Below are positions 1 to 13,764 of a stretch of DNA of 64,000 nucleotides, one piece after another (position 1 is the first letter of the stretch; the number at the start of each line of letters is the position of its first letter). The notes under the pieces were generated by a model. It ran no database searches, was not told the DNA's origin, and saw only the letters and a program-made list of their open reading frames with translations. The stretch lies in the NCBI RefSeq assembly GCF_031769215.1, contig NW_026782140.1:1488001-1552000 (forward strand). The letters are read 5' to 3'. A program made the translations under genes and the position numbers. This DNA comes from Ylistrum balloti. Lineage: Eukaryota.

Positions 1-61
1 CTAATCAGCATGGTCAGATTTTCCAGGATACCTATCCATTAAGGTATGTAGATTACTTATC

Positions 62-610
62 ATTTAGAGATCTGGGAAAGAGGGTGTTGTCCTACAAGGC
101 CAAGAGTATAATGCTCGGTCGTCATCCGTCGTCATCTGTCGTGCAACGTGTGTTAACTTTTGACATTTCAAACCCATCAGTGGGATTGAGCTCAGACTTG
201 CATGAAATGATCCTGAGATGATCCTGACCAAATGGCCATAATTGCCGCCATCTTGAAAAACATATTTCAAACTTTTCTCCAGTTCCAAAGGTGCCATTGA
301 GCTAAAATTTGGTGGGAATGTTAAGGAAAGGTAGCCAATAAAGTGTTCTTATTTTTGGACCTTGTCAAAACATTGATATGGCATCAAGAGAGGCCATTTT
401 ACAATATGATTGCACAATCATGGTTTTCCGGTGCAACACCTATTTCAAATTTTCACCAGTTGGATTGAGCTCGAATTTTACTGTCCAAAAATAGGTAACA
501 CCTGTTACAGTTACCTACTCCTTACCAAAATTAGCCATAAGCCAAGGCAGGAAATTCAATGTTAATATAAAGAAACAAATGTCAGTTATGGTCCTCTTGG
601 TCTCCCAGTA
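62..610. mobile_element. Degenerate non-autonomous Helentron/HINE-like interspersed element
   Basis: It has a GTC/GTCC-type microsatellite near the 5' end (ggtcgtcatccgtcgtcatctgtcgt) and the recurrent 'gccgccatcttgaaaa' core. The architecture resembles the copies at 12.2 kb and 53.1 kb. Boundaries are approximate and the family call is from resemblance only. Confidence 0.45.
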
Positions 611-743
611 CAGATTTCCCGATAGTTAAGTTGGAGTAACTGAGATAAAAGCTATAGACTAGTAACAAAAACAAGTGAACACTGTTACCATAATCTTGTA
701 TTAAAGCTATAACTTTTACTGATGATGGTTTTTCTCTTCCCAG

Positions 744-882
744 ATTTAACACCCTTGTGATGGAGGACCTACAGTGGTTGTTGCTAGCTCCCTTCATTGC
801 CATGGTGATAATACTATTAGTAATACATGGATTTCCCGCCAAAGACTTACTACCCTACACAAATCAGTCCAAAGGCAGTTGA
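744..882 (+). CDS. Putative terminal coding exon of an unidentified membrane-protein gene that starts upstream of the window
   Basis: A pyrimidine tract and acceptor (tttttctcttcccag, AG at 742-743) precede an open frame FNTLVMEDLQWLLLAPFIAMVIILLVIHGFPAKDLLPYTNQSKGS with stop TGA at 880-882. It contains one clear hydrophobic helix. I do not recognise the protein. Confidence 0.5.
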
Positions 883-2287
883 CACCTAACAGACTATAGC
901 CATCAACTTGTTTATTTTGTGTGTTATTTAAGTGGTTGTCATCACATGATGTCTTGATGGAATACAAACATCATCATGTTTGAGAATGGAAAGTGCTGTT
1001 TTCTGAATGTGTCTTGAGAGCTCAATGGCTGGCTTAGATACACTGTTCTTGTCATAGCCACATGTATTGGAGACCAGCGAGATAATGTGCTACATTATCT
1101 GTATCACTCATTCTTTTATCTATCTCACTGCATATTTGGGTTTTTTCCTCCTAAACTTTTGAAATTCTTATTTGCTTGAAACTCCTCTATAAAACTAATG
1201 CTGACTTAAGATTTATTTTTAGTTTACTTCATGTAAAATTGAGGGTATTATGATTTTTATTTCTAGTGAGGATTTGTATGGGAGAGCTCTGTGAGGGAGT
1301 AGTAAGATTAATGTTCTACTGTATGGGAGAAATTTATACACGTGTTTAGGAGAGTTCAGTGGAGGAGAGGGATGAGAGATTTATATTGAGGGTCTGTATG
1401 GGAAAATTACACTGTGTGTCTGTATGGGATTGTTCTTCTGTAGATTGGTACAAGAGATTTCAGGATGGAAGAGTTGTTCAAAGAGACATATTGATTTCCT
1501 TTGCAAAATATCGTAATTTTCATGTTTTTTTTTTTTTCAAGTTTAACTTTTCATATTTTCCACTTTGACGTTTTTGTTATCCCCGAAATATTAAGATGAT
1601 GTCCCTTTTTTAATATGATTATTTTGATAATGAATGGACAGACGCCTCTTATGGTGAATTTAGTTGTCTAAAGAATCTTTTGTCATTTTTTTAGCTTCAG
1701 GTATATATGCTTAAAACAGAAAAGGGAATTGGCAACAGATTTTAAAATGTTCATCAAAAATCAGAATTTTGTATTTATCATACCAAACAAATTACAATAC
1801 CGGTATGTAAATTTGTGTATGTGATGAATGAGAGAGAAATAATCTTTGTTTTCACTAAAACTTGTTCATGGACATTTTCCATTAATATTTATTGGTTGTT
1901 ACTAACTCAAAACTTTTTTTAATACATTTTTTTACTCTGATAATGTTTGTTTCTTGGGTATTTACAATCAGTTCTCATGGTGGATGGACTTGTTATGTCT
2001 CGCCACACTGGTCATCATCTAGAACATTTCCTGCTGGTGCTACATCTCCTGGGTCTATGGTAATCCAGAGACACAACTAATCACACATTGTCTGTACTTG
2101 TTTAGGAGAAAAATTTATACCATTGTTACATTCAACACAACTGCCATCTTAAAAGACTCTGATTGATAAGTTATGTGTATAGTCCAATCATACCAAGTAT
2201 GGACCCAAATTAATAGGTTGTGTGTATGATCCCATCATACCAAGTATGGACTCCCAATTAAAAAGCTGTGTTTATTGTCCCATCAAA

Positions 2288-3673
2288 TACTCAACAAAAA
2301 AAAGAAATGCACAAAGTCCCCCCTGCAGTACACCTTAGCTGTTAAGAAATAATGGAATCTACCCTAAAATCAGCCAAGGGTGATAATGTCATTGTCTGAT
2401 TTTGTAAGCTTCTTTAGTCCAAATCATGTGGCGTGATCAAGGCAAGCCAGATTTTTTCAAACAAATAATTACAACAGATACTCGAAGTTCAGCCACATTA
2501 ATTCTCCACGTTGAAATTTTGATTTTGCCTTTGACCGAAATGCAACTCTTAATGCAAATTCAGAGAGGTGGAGCAATTGCCATGTTGATGGATGGTCATA
2601 GCCAAACTGCTGTCACATGACATGTCCCAGGATCGGCGGTTTGCATGTAAAGACCGCACAACAAGACAGGGCGATTCGATTGTCGCACTTGCACAACAGA
2701 TTCAAGACTGCTGTAGAGACTGCTTCGCATGCCTTAGGTACTTATGGCAAACCCATTAGTGCTCAAACTGCCAGGAACCGCTTGCGTGCCGAGAGAATCA
2801 TGGCATGCTGACCTTATGTCGGGCCACATCTGACACCACTGAAGTAGCAAGTATTTCTCTTGACTGGATGTACAGACATGGTCTAAATGGGTTTGGGATG
2901 CGTCGTAGAAAGCATGTGATGTACACAAACGAGTCTAGATTCTGTCTGTATCGCTCAGACGGAAGAAAAAGAGTATATCGTAGACAAGGTGAGTGTTTGC
3001 CAATGCATGCATGGTTGAAAGCAATAGATTTGGTGGGGCTTCTGTAATGGCTTGGGTTTGGGGAGGCATCTTCCATGGAGTAAAATCCCCATACATGGTC
3101 CTGGATCCAAACCTCAATGCCATTCGATACAGAGACCAGATCCTTCAACCATATGTCCTTCTACTTCTCAGACGTTATAGCCTAATTTTCCAGCAAGACA
3201 ATGCTTGATCATATGTTGCCAGAGTCTGTCTTGATTTTCTCACAGCAAACAATGTTCAGCCTCTGGAATGGCCCTCATATAGCTCTGTCATGTCTCCCAT
3301 TGAACATCTGTGGGATGAGCTTGACAGGCGTATTAGGAAACGTCAAAATCCCCCAACTAACTGCGCCCAGTTGATCGCAGCATTAACACAAGAATGGAAC
3401 AACATTCCCTTAAGGCAAATTATTGTTCTCATGAATTCAATGAGTAGGAGAATCCATGCCCACACCAGGTACTGAAGTGTCGTTTTGTTTTTCACAGGTA
3501 TCCCACTTTGAGTACCTACTGACGACACGAGTGACTTCACACAGACATTTCCTTTACATTATTGTAAAGAGGAGACTTGTCCCTTCACATCAATATAAAG
3601 TTTTGTATAAATTTCCCAAAATACCATAGGCCATTTTTATAATTTAACTGTGTGTTTCTTTTTTAGTTGAGTA
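2288..3673 (+). mobile_element. Tc1-family (DD34E) DNA transposon, decayed
   Basis: Imperfect TIRs: TACTCAACAAAAAAAAGAAATGCACA at 2288 versus tgtgtgtttcttttttagttgagta ending at 3673, with TA at the termini. Transposase fragments occur in several frames (YTNESRF, FGGASVMAW, FQQDNA, SPIEHLWDELDRR), with 34 residues between the second D and the E. It has stops and frameshifts, and the first catalytic D is mutated to N. Confidence 0.9.
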
Positions 3674-4529
3674 TATAAAGGAAGAACTGTGATTAATGGG
3701 TTGTGTTTATGGTCTAGTAATAATAGAATTCCTGATATGTATCATATTCAAGATGGCTGCCATTTGTTCTGAACATTGTCACAAAACAGGATAAATTGGC
3801 CCATCAGATTAATGTTGTGCTTTGTGCTCCAGGTACTGTTCCTTAGTCCTATAGATAATCGGTTGTTTTTTGTCTGCCAGATGTGTTGTGCTTGGTCCAC
3901 CAGATAATATGTTATTTCTGGTATTTTTGTTTCTGATGTTTTTATTGATTACTTTTTGTTCTTTTTGGAGATATTTCTGCAGTTCTGATATATAGCTGAG
4001 TTTCTAATAAAACTATTCATACAGGACTGCCATCAGAAAATCAGGAAAAAAACCAGTTTCTATGTCTGCAGTTTTTGTTGCAACTGATGACAGTGATGTA
4101 CATGAAGGGGTGATTTAGACCAAATCTATGGCCTCTAAAACTACTTTTTCAAGCCAAAATTATCAAAATCTTATTTCATTTTTTCACTTTTTTATTATGG
4201 ACTCTTTTCAAATAATGAAATTTAGGCCATGAAATATTGTTATAGTGACTGAATATCCAATCTCGGGGAAATCCAGAGCACACCGTTTCTATATCTACTA
4301 TTGGACCACATATTACAATATTTTGTATATTTATATTTGCAAGTAAAGCACAGCCATTGATGAGCATCAAACAATGTTACTTGTATAAAAAATGAGTATA
4401 AAACCTATCAAACACTTGTTACATCCAACAGGTACACATCAATCCTTACTGTATCCATACTGACAGGTATGCATCAATCCTTTCTGTATCCATACTGACA
4501 GGTACTGAGAGTAAAACGAACATTTCTCA

Positions 4530-7140
4530 CATAGGCACACATTGTTACTCACATAGGTACACCAATTCTCATCAACATACCTTGTCACTCACATAGGTAC
4601 ACATTGTTACTCACATAGGCACACATTGTTACTCACATAGGCACACATTGTTACTCACATAGGTACACCAATTCTCATCAACATACCTTGTCACTCACAT
4701 AGGTACACATTGTTACTCACATAGGTACACCAATTCTCATCAACATACCTTGTCACTCACATAGGTACACATTGTTACTCACATAGGTACACCAAGTCTC
4801 ATTAACATACTTTGTCACTCACATAGGTACACATTGTTACTCACATAGGTACACCAATTCTCATTAACATACCTTGTCACTCACATAGGTACACATTGTT
4901 ACTCACATAGGTACACCAATTCTCATTAACATACCTTGTCACTCACATAGGTACACATTGTTACTCACATAGGTACACCAAGTCTCATTAACATACCTTG
5001 TCACTCACATAGGTACACATTGTTACTCACATAGGTACACCAATTCTCATTAACATACCTTGTCACTCACATAGGTACACATTGTTACTCACATAGGTAC
5101 ACCAATTCTCATTAACATACCTTGTCACTCACATAGGTACACATTGTTACTCACATAGGTACACCAATTCTCATTAACATACCTTGTCACTCACATAGGT
5201 ACACATTGTTACTCACATAGGTACACCAAGTCTCATTAACATACCTTGTCACTCACATAGGTACACATTGTTACTCACATAGGTCCACCAGTTCTCATTA
5301 ACATACCTTGTCACTCACATAGGCACACATTGTTACTCACATAGGCACACATTGTTACTCATATAGGTACACCAATTCTCATCAACATACCTTGTCACTC
5401 ACATAGGCACACATTGTTACTCACATAGGCACACATTGTTACTAACATAGGCACACATTGTTACTCACATAGGTACACCAATTCTCATTAACATACCTTG
5501 TCACTCACATAGGTACACATTGTTACTCACATAGGTACACCAATTCTCATTAACATACCTTGTCACTCACATAGGTACACATTGTTACTCACATAGGTAC
5601 ACCAAGTCTCATTAACATACCTTGTCACTCACATAGGTACACATTGTTACTCACATAGGTACACCAAGTCTCATTAACATACTTTGTCACTCACATAGGT
5701 ACACATTGTTACTCACATAGGTACACCAATTCTCATTAACATACCTTGTCACTCACATAGGTACACATTGTTACTCACATAGGTACACATTGTTACTCAC
5801 ATAGGTACACCAATTCTCATTAACATACCTTGTCACTCACATAGGTACACATTGTTACTCACATAGGTACACCAAGTCTCATTAACATACTTTGTCACTC
5901 ACATAGGTACACATTGTTACTCACATAGGTACACCAATTCTCATTAACATACCTTGTCACTCACATAGGTACACATTGTCTCATTAACATACCTTGTCAC
6001 TCACATAGGTACACATTGTTACTCACATAGGTACACCAATTCTCATTAACATACCTTGTCACTCACATAGGTACACATTGTTACTCACATAGGTACACCA
6101 ATTCTCATTAACATACCTTGTCACTCACATAGGTACACATTGTTACTCACATAGGTACACCAATTCTCATTAACATACCTTGTCACTCACATAGGTACAC
6201 ATTGTTACTCACATAGGTACACCAATTCTCATTAACATACCTTGTCACTTTGTTACTCACATAGGTACACCAATTCTCATTAACATACCTTGTCACTCAC
6301 ATAGGTACACATTGTTACTCACATAGGTACACCAATTCTCATTAACATACCTTGTCACTCACATAGGCACACATTGTTACTCACATAGGTACACCAATTC
6401 TCATTAACATACCTTGTCACTCACATAGGCACACATTGTTACTCACATAGGTACACCAATTCTCATTAACATACCTTGTCACTCACATAGGTACACATTG
6501 TTACTCACATAGGTACACATTGTTACTCACATAGGTACACCAATTCTCATTAACATACCTTGTCACTCACATAGGTAAACATTGTTACTCACATAGGTAC
6601 ACCAATTCTCATCAACATACCTTGTCACTCACATAGGCACACATTGTTACTCACATAGGTACACCAATTCTCATTAACATACCTTGTCACTCACATAGGC
6701 ACACATTGTTACTCACATAAGTACACCAATTCTCATCAACATACCTTGTCACTCACATAGGCACACATTGTTACTCACATAGGTACACCAATTCTCATTA
6801 ACATACCTTGTCACTCACATAGGTACACATTGTTACTCACATAGGTACACCAATTCTCATTAACATACCTTGTCACTCACATAGGCACACATTGTTACTC
6901 ACATAGGTACACCAATTCTCATTAACATACCTTGTCACTCACATATGTACACATTGTTACTCACATAGGTACACCAATTCTCATTAACATACCTTGTCAC
7001 TCACATAGGTACACATTGTTACTCACATAGGTACACCAATTCTCATCAACATACCTTGTCACTCACATAGGCACACATTGTTACTCACATAGGCACACAT
7101 TGTTACTAACATAGGCACACATTATTACTCACATGGATAC
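4530..7140. repeat. Minisatellite with a 62-bp higher-order unit (22-bp + 40-bp subunits), about 40 copies
   Basis: Subunits are cacataggtacacattgttact and cacataggtacaccaattctcattaacataccttgtcact. The 62-bp period was checked at 4801/4863. Confidence 0.95.
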
Positions 7141-7599
7141 ACTTACCCCCCTCCCTAATATATCAAATAATCTTTCTCATGGACAAACATCGTGATCACA
7201 TACATTATCACTCACATTCCTGACTAGATTATTTTTATAAACATAACTCCTGTAATAATGATGATACTTAAATTATATATTAAAATCTGCTTTAAGAATA
7301 CATGACATGTACAACAACATTGATATGTATATATAGGTACCAATACATATTTTACATTCACAATAAAATTGAGGATCTTAAGAGATGTTTCTCATAACAT
7401 AAAATGACTTTTTGACATTAGGAAATATAAATAACAAACAAATGATCTTGTCATCTATGTTTTCAAAAACATAATTTCAGAAACAAAATACAGAATACAA
7501 CATACAAGATTCAACCTAAAACTAAAATTCTGCAATGAAAACTAAAGTCAGCACTTCAAACACTTCAGAACAACACTACAATGGTCTAATTTCAGAAAA

Positions 7600-9422
7600 T
7601 TATCTCTCTAATTCCATTTCAAAGATTTGCCCCCATCCCTCCACATCCATGGTACACATGATCTGTTTAGGCAGTTGTTGGTAGGAAGTGAAGTTGCTAT
7701 GACAGCCTCTTAACCACTGTCGCCTTGTACCCTGACTGCCATGGTTCATCATATATACTTCCTGAAACAAGTCAGATTGATGGGAGAGAATTACTGACAG
7801 AGTTACTGGAATTCCAAACCATAGCATGAAATGTTTCTTCATTTTAGATTAAAATAATCTTATGTCAAGAACCAAGATATGATATAAGACAATAGACCAT
7901 AGAGACAAGGCACATTGTAAGATTGTAGAAACAAGACACGTTGTCAGATGGTAGAGACAGACACGTAAGTTGGGAGAGACAGGCATATTGTAAGATGGTA
8001 GAGTCAGACACATGGTAAGATGGTAGAGACAGACACATTGTAAGATGGTAGAGACAGGCATATTGTAAGATGGTAGAGACAGGCATATTGTAAGATGGTA
8101 GAAACAAGACATATTGTAAGATGGTAGAGACAAGACACATTGTAAGATGGTAGAGACAAGACACATTGTAAGATGGTAGAGACAAGACATATTGTAAGAT
8201 GGTAGAGACAAGACACATTGTAAGATGGTAGAGACAGACACATTGTAAGATGGTAGAGACAGGCATATTGTAAGATGGTAGAGTCAGACACATTGTAAGA
8301 TGGTAGAGACAGACACATTGTAAGATGGTACAGTCAGACACATTGTAAGATGGTAGAGTCAGACACATTGTAAGTTGGGAGAGACAGGCATATTGTAAGA
8401 TGGTAGAGTCAGACACATGGTAAGATGGTAGAGACAGACACATTGTATGATGGTAGAGACAGGCATATTGTAAGATAGTAGAGTCAGACACATTGTAAGA
8501 TGGTAGAGACAGGCATATTGTAAGATGGTAGAGACAGACACATTGCAATATGGTAGAGACAGACACATTTTAAGATGGTAGAGACAGGCATATTGTAAGA
8601 TAGTAGAGTCAGACACATTGTAAGATGGTAGAGACAGGCATATTGTAAGATGGTAGAGACAGGCACATTGTAAGATAGTAGAGTCAGACACATTGTAAGA
8701 TGGTAGAGACAGGCATATTGTAAGATGGTAGAGACAGGCACATTGTAAGATAGTAGAGACAGGATTGTAAGATGGTAGAGACAGACACATTGTAAGTTGG
8801 GAGAGACAGGCATATTGTAAGATGGTAGAGACAGACACATTGTAAGATGGTAGAGACAGGCATATTGTAAGATGGTAGAGACAGACACATTGTAAGATGG
8901 TAGAGACAGGCATATTGTAAGATGGTAGAGACAGACACATTGTAAGATCATTGTAAAATGTAAGAGAAAAATACACAGTGCAAGTTGGCAGAGACAAGAT
9001 AACAATGGAAGATTGTTGTGACAACACATAACATCAGATGGTAAAGACAACACAATATGTAAGAGGTAGAGACAACACAAAATACAAGATGGTAAAGACA
9101 CACAAGACACTAAGTAACATGGTTTGTTTACAATAACAGTTTAAAACAGAACAGCTGTTGATACTATTACAAATGGTCTGAAAGCTAACTGAAATGTGAA
9201 TACACCTGTAATGTGTAGTCTTACCTTCCAAGAGTACCCAAGTGCCCGGTCATTCTGAATGAGATCCGACTTCATTTCAAGTGTGCCACACAGTCTCCTC
9301 CAAAGAGGCTCAGATGTGCTGATAGAACTCCAGTACTTACACACGGCACCTGCATTGCACAGATCAACTGCATTCAGGTACTGAAAGATCTGTATCAGGA
9401 GCTCGGGAGGTAGGTCTCTCAT
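7600..9422 (-). CDS. FBXO48: F-box only protein 48 (119 aa if the Met at 9422 is the start)
   Basis: Exon 9422-9225 encodes MRDLPPELLIQIFQYLNAVDLCNAGAVCKYW...DRALGYSWK (F-box), with donor GTAAG at 9224. Exon 7761-7600 encodes EVYMMNHGSQGTRRQWLRGCHSNFTSYQQLPKQIMCTMDVEGWGQIFEMELER plus stop. The GYSW...W..G..SN....LP..IM..MD...WG.I.E.ELER pattern matches my recollection of vertebrate FBXO48. An acceptor at 9431-9432 and a strong upstream donor at 9863 suggest a 5' UTR exon. Confidence 0.9.
7900..8945. repeat. 25-bp minisatellite filling the FBXO48 intron, about 40 copies
   Basis: Unit tgtaagatggtagagacag(a/g)ca(c/t)at. It explains the overlapping pseudo-ORFs at 7849-9110. Confidence 0.95.
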
Positions 9423-9949
9423 TCTGTAACCTAAAATATAATTGCAATAACGACACAATGCCAGGCTCATAACATTCAACACTCCCGCATACGTGTACTA
9501 TTGTAAAAATATATATGTATATATGAGACGATAAATGGTAAACATGCCCTTAACAATTTTTTAACAGACACTATATTTGATATGTGTTTAATCGGTCCAA
9601 GCAGGAAAAAGATACCTCGATTTTCATCTGAAACCTACACCAGACATCTGTCCGTCGAAATGTCAACGTCTTGCTCATAAATGCATGTACCTGAACAGGA
9701 AAACGTGTCCGGTGTTTGTTATCAAAAATTGTTCTGACTACGGCGAATACGAAAGTTCTTGTATATTTGTTCTTGATGTAACAAGTGTTTTATTTATAAC
9801 GCACACCATAAGGTTTTCCCGTTAACTGTCAAAATGGGGGCGTGGCAGCTTTTGTGTACTTACCTTACTTGCTATGATGTTTTGATGGAGTTATGGTAAT
9901 ATTGCATCTAAAAGATGGTTCAAATCAGTTAATATAATCCTATGGCTCA

Positions 9950-10118
9950 TATCGCTGTATAGTTTCTTTTTAACAACACAAATGGGAACAAGGATGCAAG
10001 CTGCGTCATGACGCGTAAGCATGGTTTTGTTTTGACACGTTTCGACTCCGGAAGTGACGTAATCAACGCGTCAGAAAAATCGCTCTTTCCTGTGTGGAGG
10101 GGATAAACACAATACAAG
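9950..10118. promoter_or_regulatory. Probable bidirectional promoter between FBXO48 and PIGF
   Basis: The region is locally CpG-rich and lies between divergent genes. It contains CCGGAAGTGACGT (overlapping ETS and CRE-half motif) at 10048-10060 and the perfect palindrome GCGTCATGACGC at 10003-10014. Confidence 0.65.
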
Positions 10119-13112
10119 ATGTCGACGTCCATAAACTTGCGGCTTCCGAACAAAGACACGTTTAACCTACTGATTAGAGCGCATTTGTGTCTTGTTATAA
10201 TAATAACTTTAATTGTTTATATTCCCATGAATACAAATTTACCTTTTGACGTTATAAATGAATGTCTAACTGCTGTGGAGTTCTTCATTGTTTTTTTAAC
10301 TGTATTTCAAATAGTTGTGAATGCAATTGCAGTACCAAAGTATGCACAGCTTAAACCCGTTGTATTTAAAGTAAGTCATTTTGACATCAACTGCATGCAT
10401 GTTCTTCAGAGTTATCTTTAATTTTCATTGGAGAAAGCTGAAAATTTGCTATGGAAAAAAAAGAACGAACGCAAGTTTCTTCTCGTCACCACACTAGTTT
10501 GACGTTTGGACTAAAGGGTGTTTGCCACGTCTGTTAAAATGTCTAATGTCAGGGGATTATCAAGCTAAATATGCACCACTGGACACAGGTGTCGACGTTG
10601 TAGTAGGATCAGATCAGATCGACATCCTCTATCATTAATCGCTGTTAATTCTGATTATAAACTACATCCCGGGGAAGAGTGATCATGTCACAGGCAATCA
10701 ATTGTAGTCAGACCTGTCTATAAAGACAGCTACTAAGGCATAAGTGTATTGAGAGGCATGTCATGACAGCTGTCCTTTATATAGAGATTAACGATATACC
10801 ATGGAGACAAGAAACTAACTGATCTGATTAGCATATCAAATCCTATAGGCTCCTACTATTTCATATACAAATGTACTAATCTCCAAATAAATCGAGCAAG
10901 ATTCTGCATTTATCATGCATGAAATTTGTTTTAGGTTAGAAATATACTAAAGGTGTGTGGTGTTCTCATTCTTGGGTCTGTCAACTTCCACTGCATAGCT
11001 GTCCTGTTTGGTGCTCCATTTATTACGTAAGCACATTTTTGACATTCAGTAATTAAGTATGATAGAAGTAATGTCATGTAATGGCTTGAAAATGGCTAAA
11101 CTGGAGATGGTCATCTTCGCTTTGATATGTTACATTCATGCTTAATCTTACTGGAGATAATGCAAATTGGATGATCATTCATATGATAATGCAGTACTGT
11201 TTTATTTAAGTCAAAAGATGTAACTCATTTAGTGGAAAATGTTTGGTAAGAGTATTGGTGTTCGATCTGTAGCAGAGAAATTTACTCAATGATATTTATG
11301 TGTAAACACTGTTTATCTGTGTTACAGTTCTGTAGCGGAAACATTCCACTTTGCCCTGCTGCTTACAACTACTACTGTACTACCAAGCCTGTGTGTGCTG
11401 GGGATAAACTTCTCAACCTGGGTTAGAGTGTATGCTCAAAATTGGTAAATGTTTGTAATTTCTTCTACATATCGATGAGAATGAACAAAATTACTGAATC
11501 AGTGTAAACATTGGTAAACATATTGGGTATCAAAATCAGAACAAAAGGATAACAATAGTCATATACGCTGTGTGACAATGGGTTCACCGTCTTTTTCAGT
11601 CCTGATGTAGGTGCTGAGTCAATCCTCTACTATTCCTCCATAGGAAGTGTTCTGGGTGCATGGCTGGGAGCCTTGCCCATTCCTCTAGACTGGGACAGAC
11701 CCTGGCAGGTAAGAACCAGACAGATTGGTAATATCATGGATTCTGTTTAGTAACTGTCATCAATGGTATTTTTTACTATAAGTAAGGGTACAACAAAACT
11801 CAAGTGTCGCTGGTTTAGCAGCTCTAGTTAGACTTTATTGTCGACTAGTTTCGCCTCCGGTCGAGGCTGCATCAGATCCCCATTTTACTATAGCTGTTAC
11901 ATTATACCAATGGTTATCAGTGGTATCTTTACAATAACACTAATCAGTGGTATGTTTTTACAGTAACCATCAGTATCTTTACAACAGTTATCGGAGATAT
12001 CTTTTTGACCTGAATATGGAAACCATTTTTATCCCACCAGCAGATCAGAAGGTGACCTATTCTAATCACCACGTGCTCCTGGTTCATATCTCATCCATTT
12101 GTCCATTAAAAATTCTTGTAATCTTTATTGTGCATGAGATGTACTTGATGGTACTTTTTCTAGTTTCATACATAGATTCCCGTTGATCCCTAGTTGTGCA
12201 TTATCCCAATTTTGGACTGATCTGAAAAACAACATGGCCAACAGGCAGCCATCATGGATTTTGATAGTAATAGTTTGTAGTCATTTTTTCTGTGGAAGTA
12301 CTGGAGAGGGGTCATTCTCAAATTCCATATGTAGATTCCCTTTTTGTCCCTAGTTATACCGTTTTTGATTTTGGGATTGATCAGAAAACCAAATGGATGA
12401 CAGACAGCCATCTTGGATTGACAATGAAAGTTTGTTATAGCTATTTCTTTGGAAGTACTCAAATTTCATGCATGTATGTAGGTTTCTTTTGGTCATCAGT
12501 TTTGTCCTTTCAATTTAAATGTACCAGAAAAAGCAAGATCACTGATAGATGACCTTCAAGAATTTGGACAATCAAAGTTTTTTATCACTGTTTCTTGAAA
12601 AGTACAAGATGGATGTCTCAAAATTTTTAAGTAGGTTACCTCAGATCCCTTGTGCCCTTTTCACTTTGGGAACGACTGGAAAAAAAACAAAATACTTAAA
12701 GGTGACCATTTTTTAATTTGACCGTAAATGATTATTATTGCTGTTATATTTCATATAATTAAGAGTAAATAAGAGAAGAGTAGAGAGAAAAACTCCAGCT
12801 CTTAAAGAACATGAAGATAGAACAATGTTGGGCACCAAGGTCCCTCTAGGGTCTTTTGTTTTTATTGTTTTTTAAAAGTTTTCCGGCGTTGTTACATCCT
12901 TGTACATGGAGAAAATGAAGTTACTTTGGAATAGCCTTTGATGTATGTTACGTTACAGCAAAAGAAATGTAATAATATACAGATATTTTTTACAGGTGTG
13001 GCCAATAACATGTGTACTAGGAAACCTTGGTGGATATTTACTGGGTGTTTGTGCTGGGAATGTACAACTTTATTTACATTATCACAGATCAAGGAAGTTT
13101 AAGCTCACCTGA
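10119..13112 (+). CDS. PIGF: Phosphatidylinositol-glycan biosynthesis class F protein (228 aa)
   Basis: Exons 10119-10370, 10935-11026, 11328-11444, 11600-11708 and 12996-13112 are all GT-AG with consistent phases (687 nt). They encode [11 protein letters not shown] and the hallmark [28 protein letters not shown] follows near 13220. Confidence 0.95.
12180..12862 (+). mobile_element. Non-autonomous Helentron/HINE-like element in PIGF intron 4
   Basis: It shares the core tagttgtgcatt...ttttggactgat...atggcc(a/g)acaggcagccatc and the 3' end (gggcaccaaggtccctctagggtcttttgtt) with the element at 53138-53975. Confidence 0.6.
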
Positions 13113-13311
13113 GACTGTGACTGAATGAACAGTTGTAAATATTCCAGATCAAGGAGATCAGAGATACAGTAGATAAATTCTTAAAAATGTGTTTGAAGAT
13201 GGAGATTAAAATAGACTTCAATAAAATATCATCATTGTTACAAGTGGTGTTGTTGTTACTCTGTGATAAATGTGTGTAGTCCATATTCCTGTATAAAATA
13301 AACCAGGCATA

Positions 13312-13630
13312 TTATATGTCATATATACCAGATGTTATGTATGTCATATATACCAGGTGTTATGTATGTCATATATACCAGATGTTATGTATGTCATATA
13401 TACCAGGTGTTATGTATGTCATATATACCAGATGTTATGTATGTCATATATACCAGGTGTTATGTATGTCATATATACCAGATGTTATGTGTCATATATA
13501 CAAGGTGTTATGTATGTCATATATACCAGATGTTATGTATGTCATATATATCAGGTGTTATGTATGTCATATGTACCAGGTGTTATGTATGACATGTCAT
13601 ATATACCAGGTGTTATATATGTCATGTTAA
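13312..13630. repeat. 25-bp minisatellite downstream of PIGF
   Basis: Unit atgtcatatatacca(g/a)(a/g)tgttatgt, about 12 copies. Confidence 0.9.
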
Positions 13631-13764
13631 CAAGGATTTATGTGTATAACATATATATGATAAATGCGCGTCATAATAAAACGAGTATCACATTATGGTC
13701 AGGATTACAAATTTCAATGGTATGATTAATTTACATCATGATAAATGTACCGCATTACGATACG

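Noticed and set aside
7849-9110. Long Cys/Leu-rich ORFs (up to 233 aa) on the minus strand
   Set aside because: They are translations of the 25-bp intronic minisatellite and are open in several frames. The same applies to ORFs at 13.3, 32.1, 37, 40.9, 44.1, 48-49, 53.4 and 61.8-62.9 kb.
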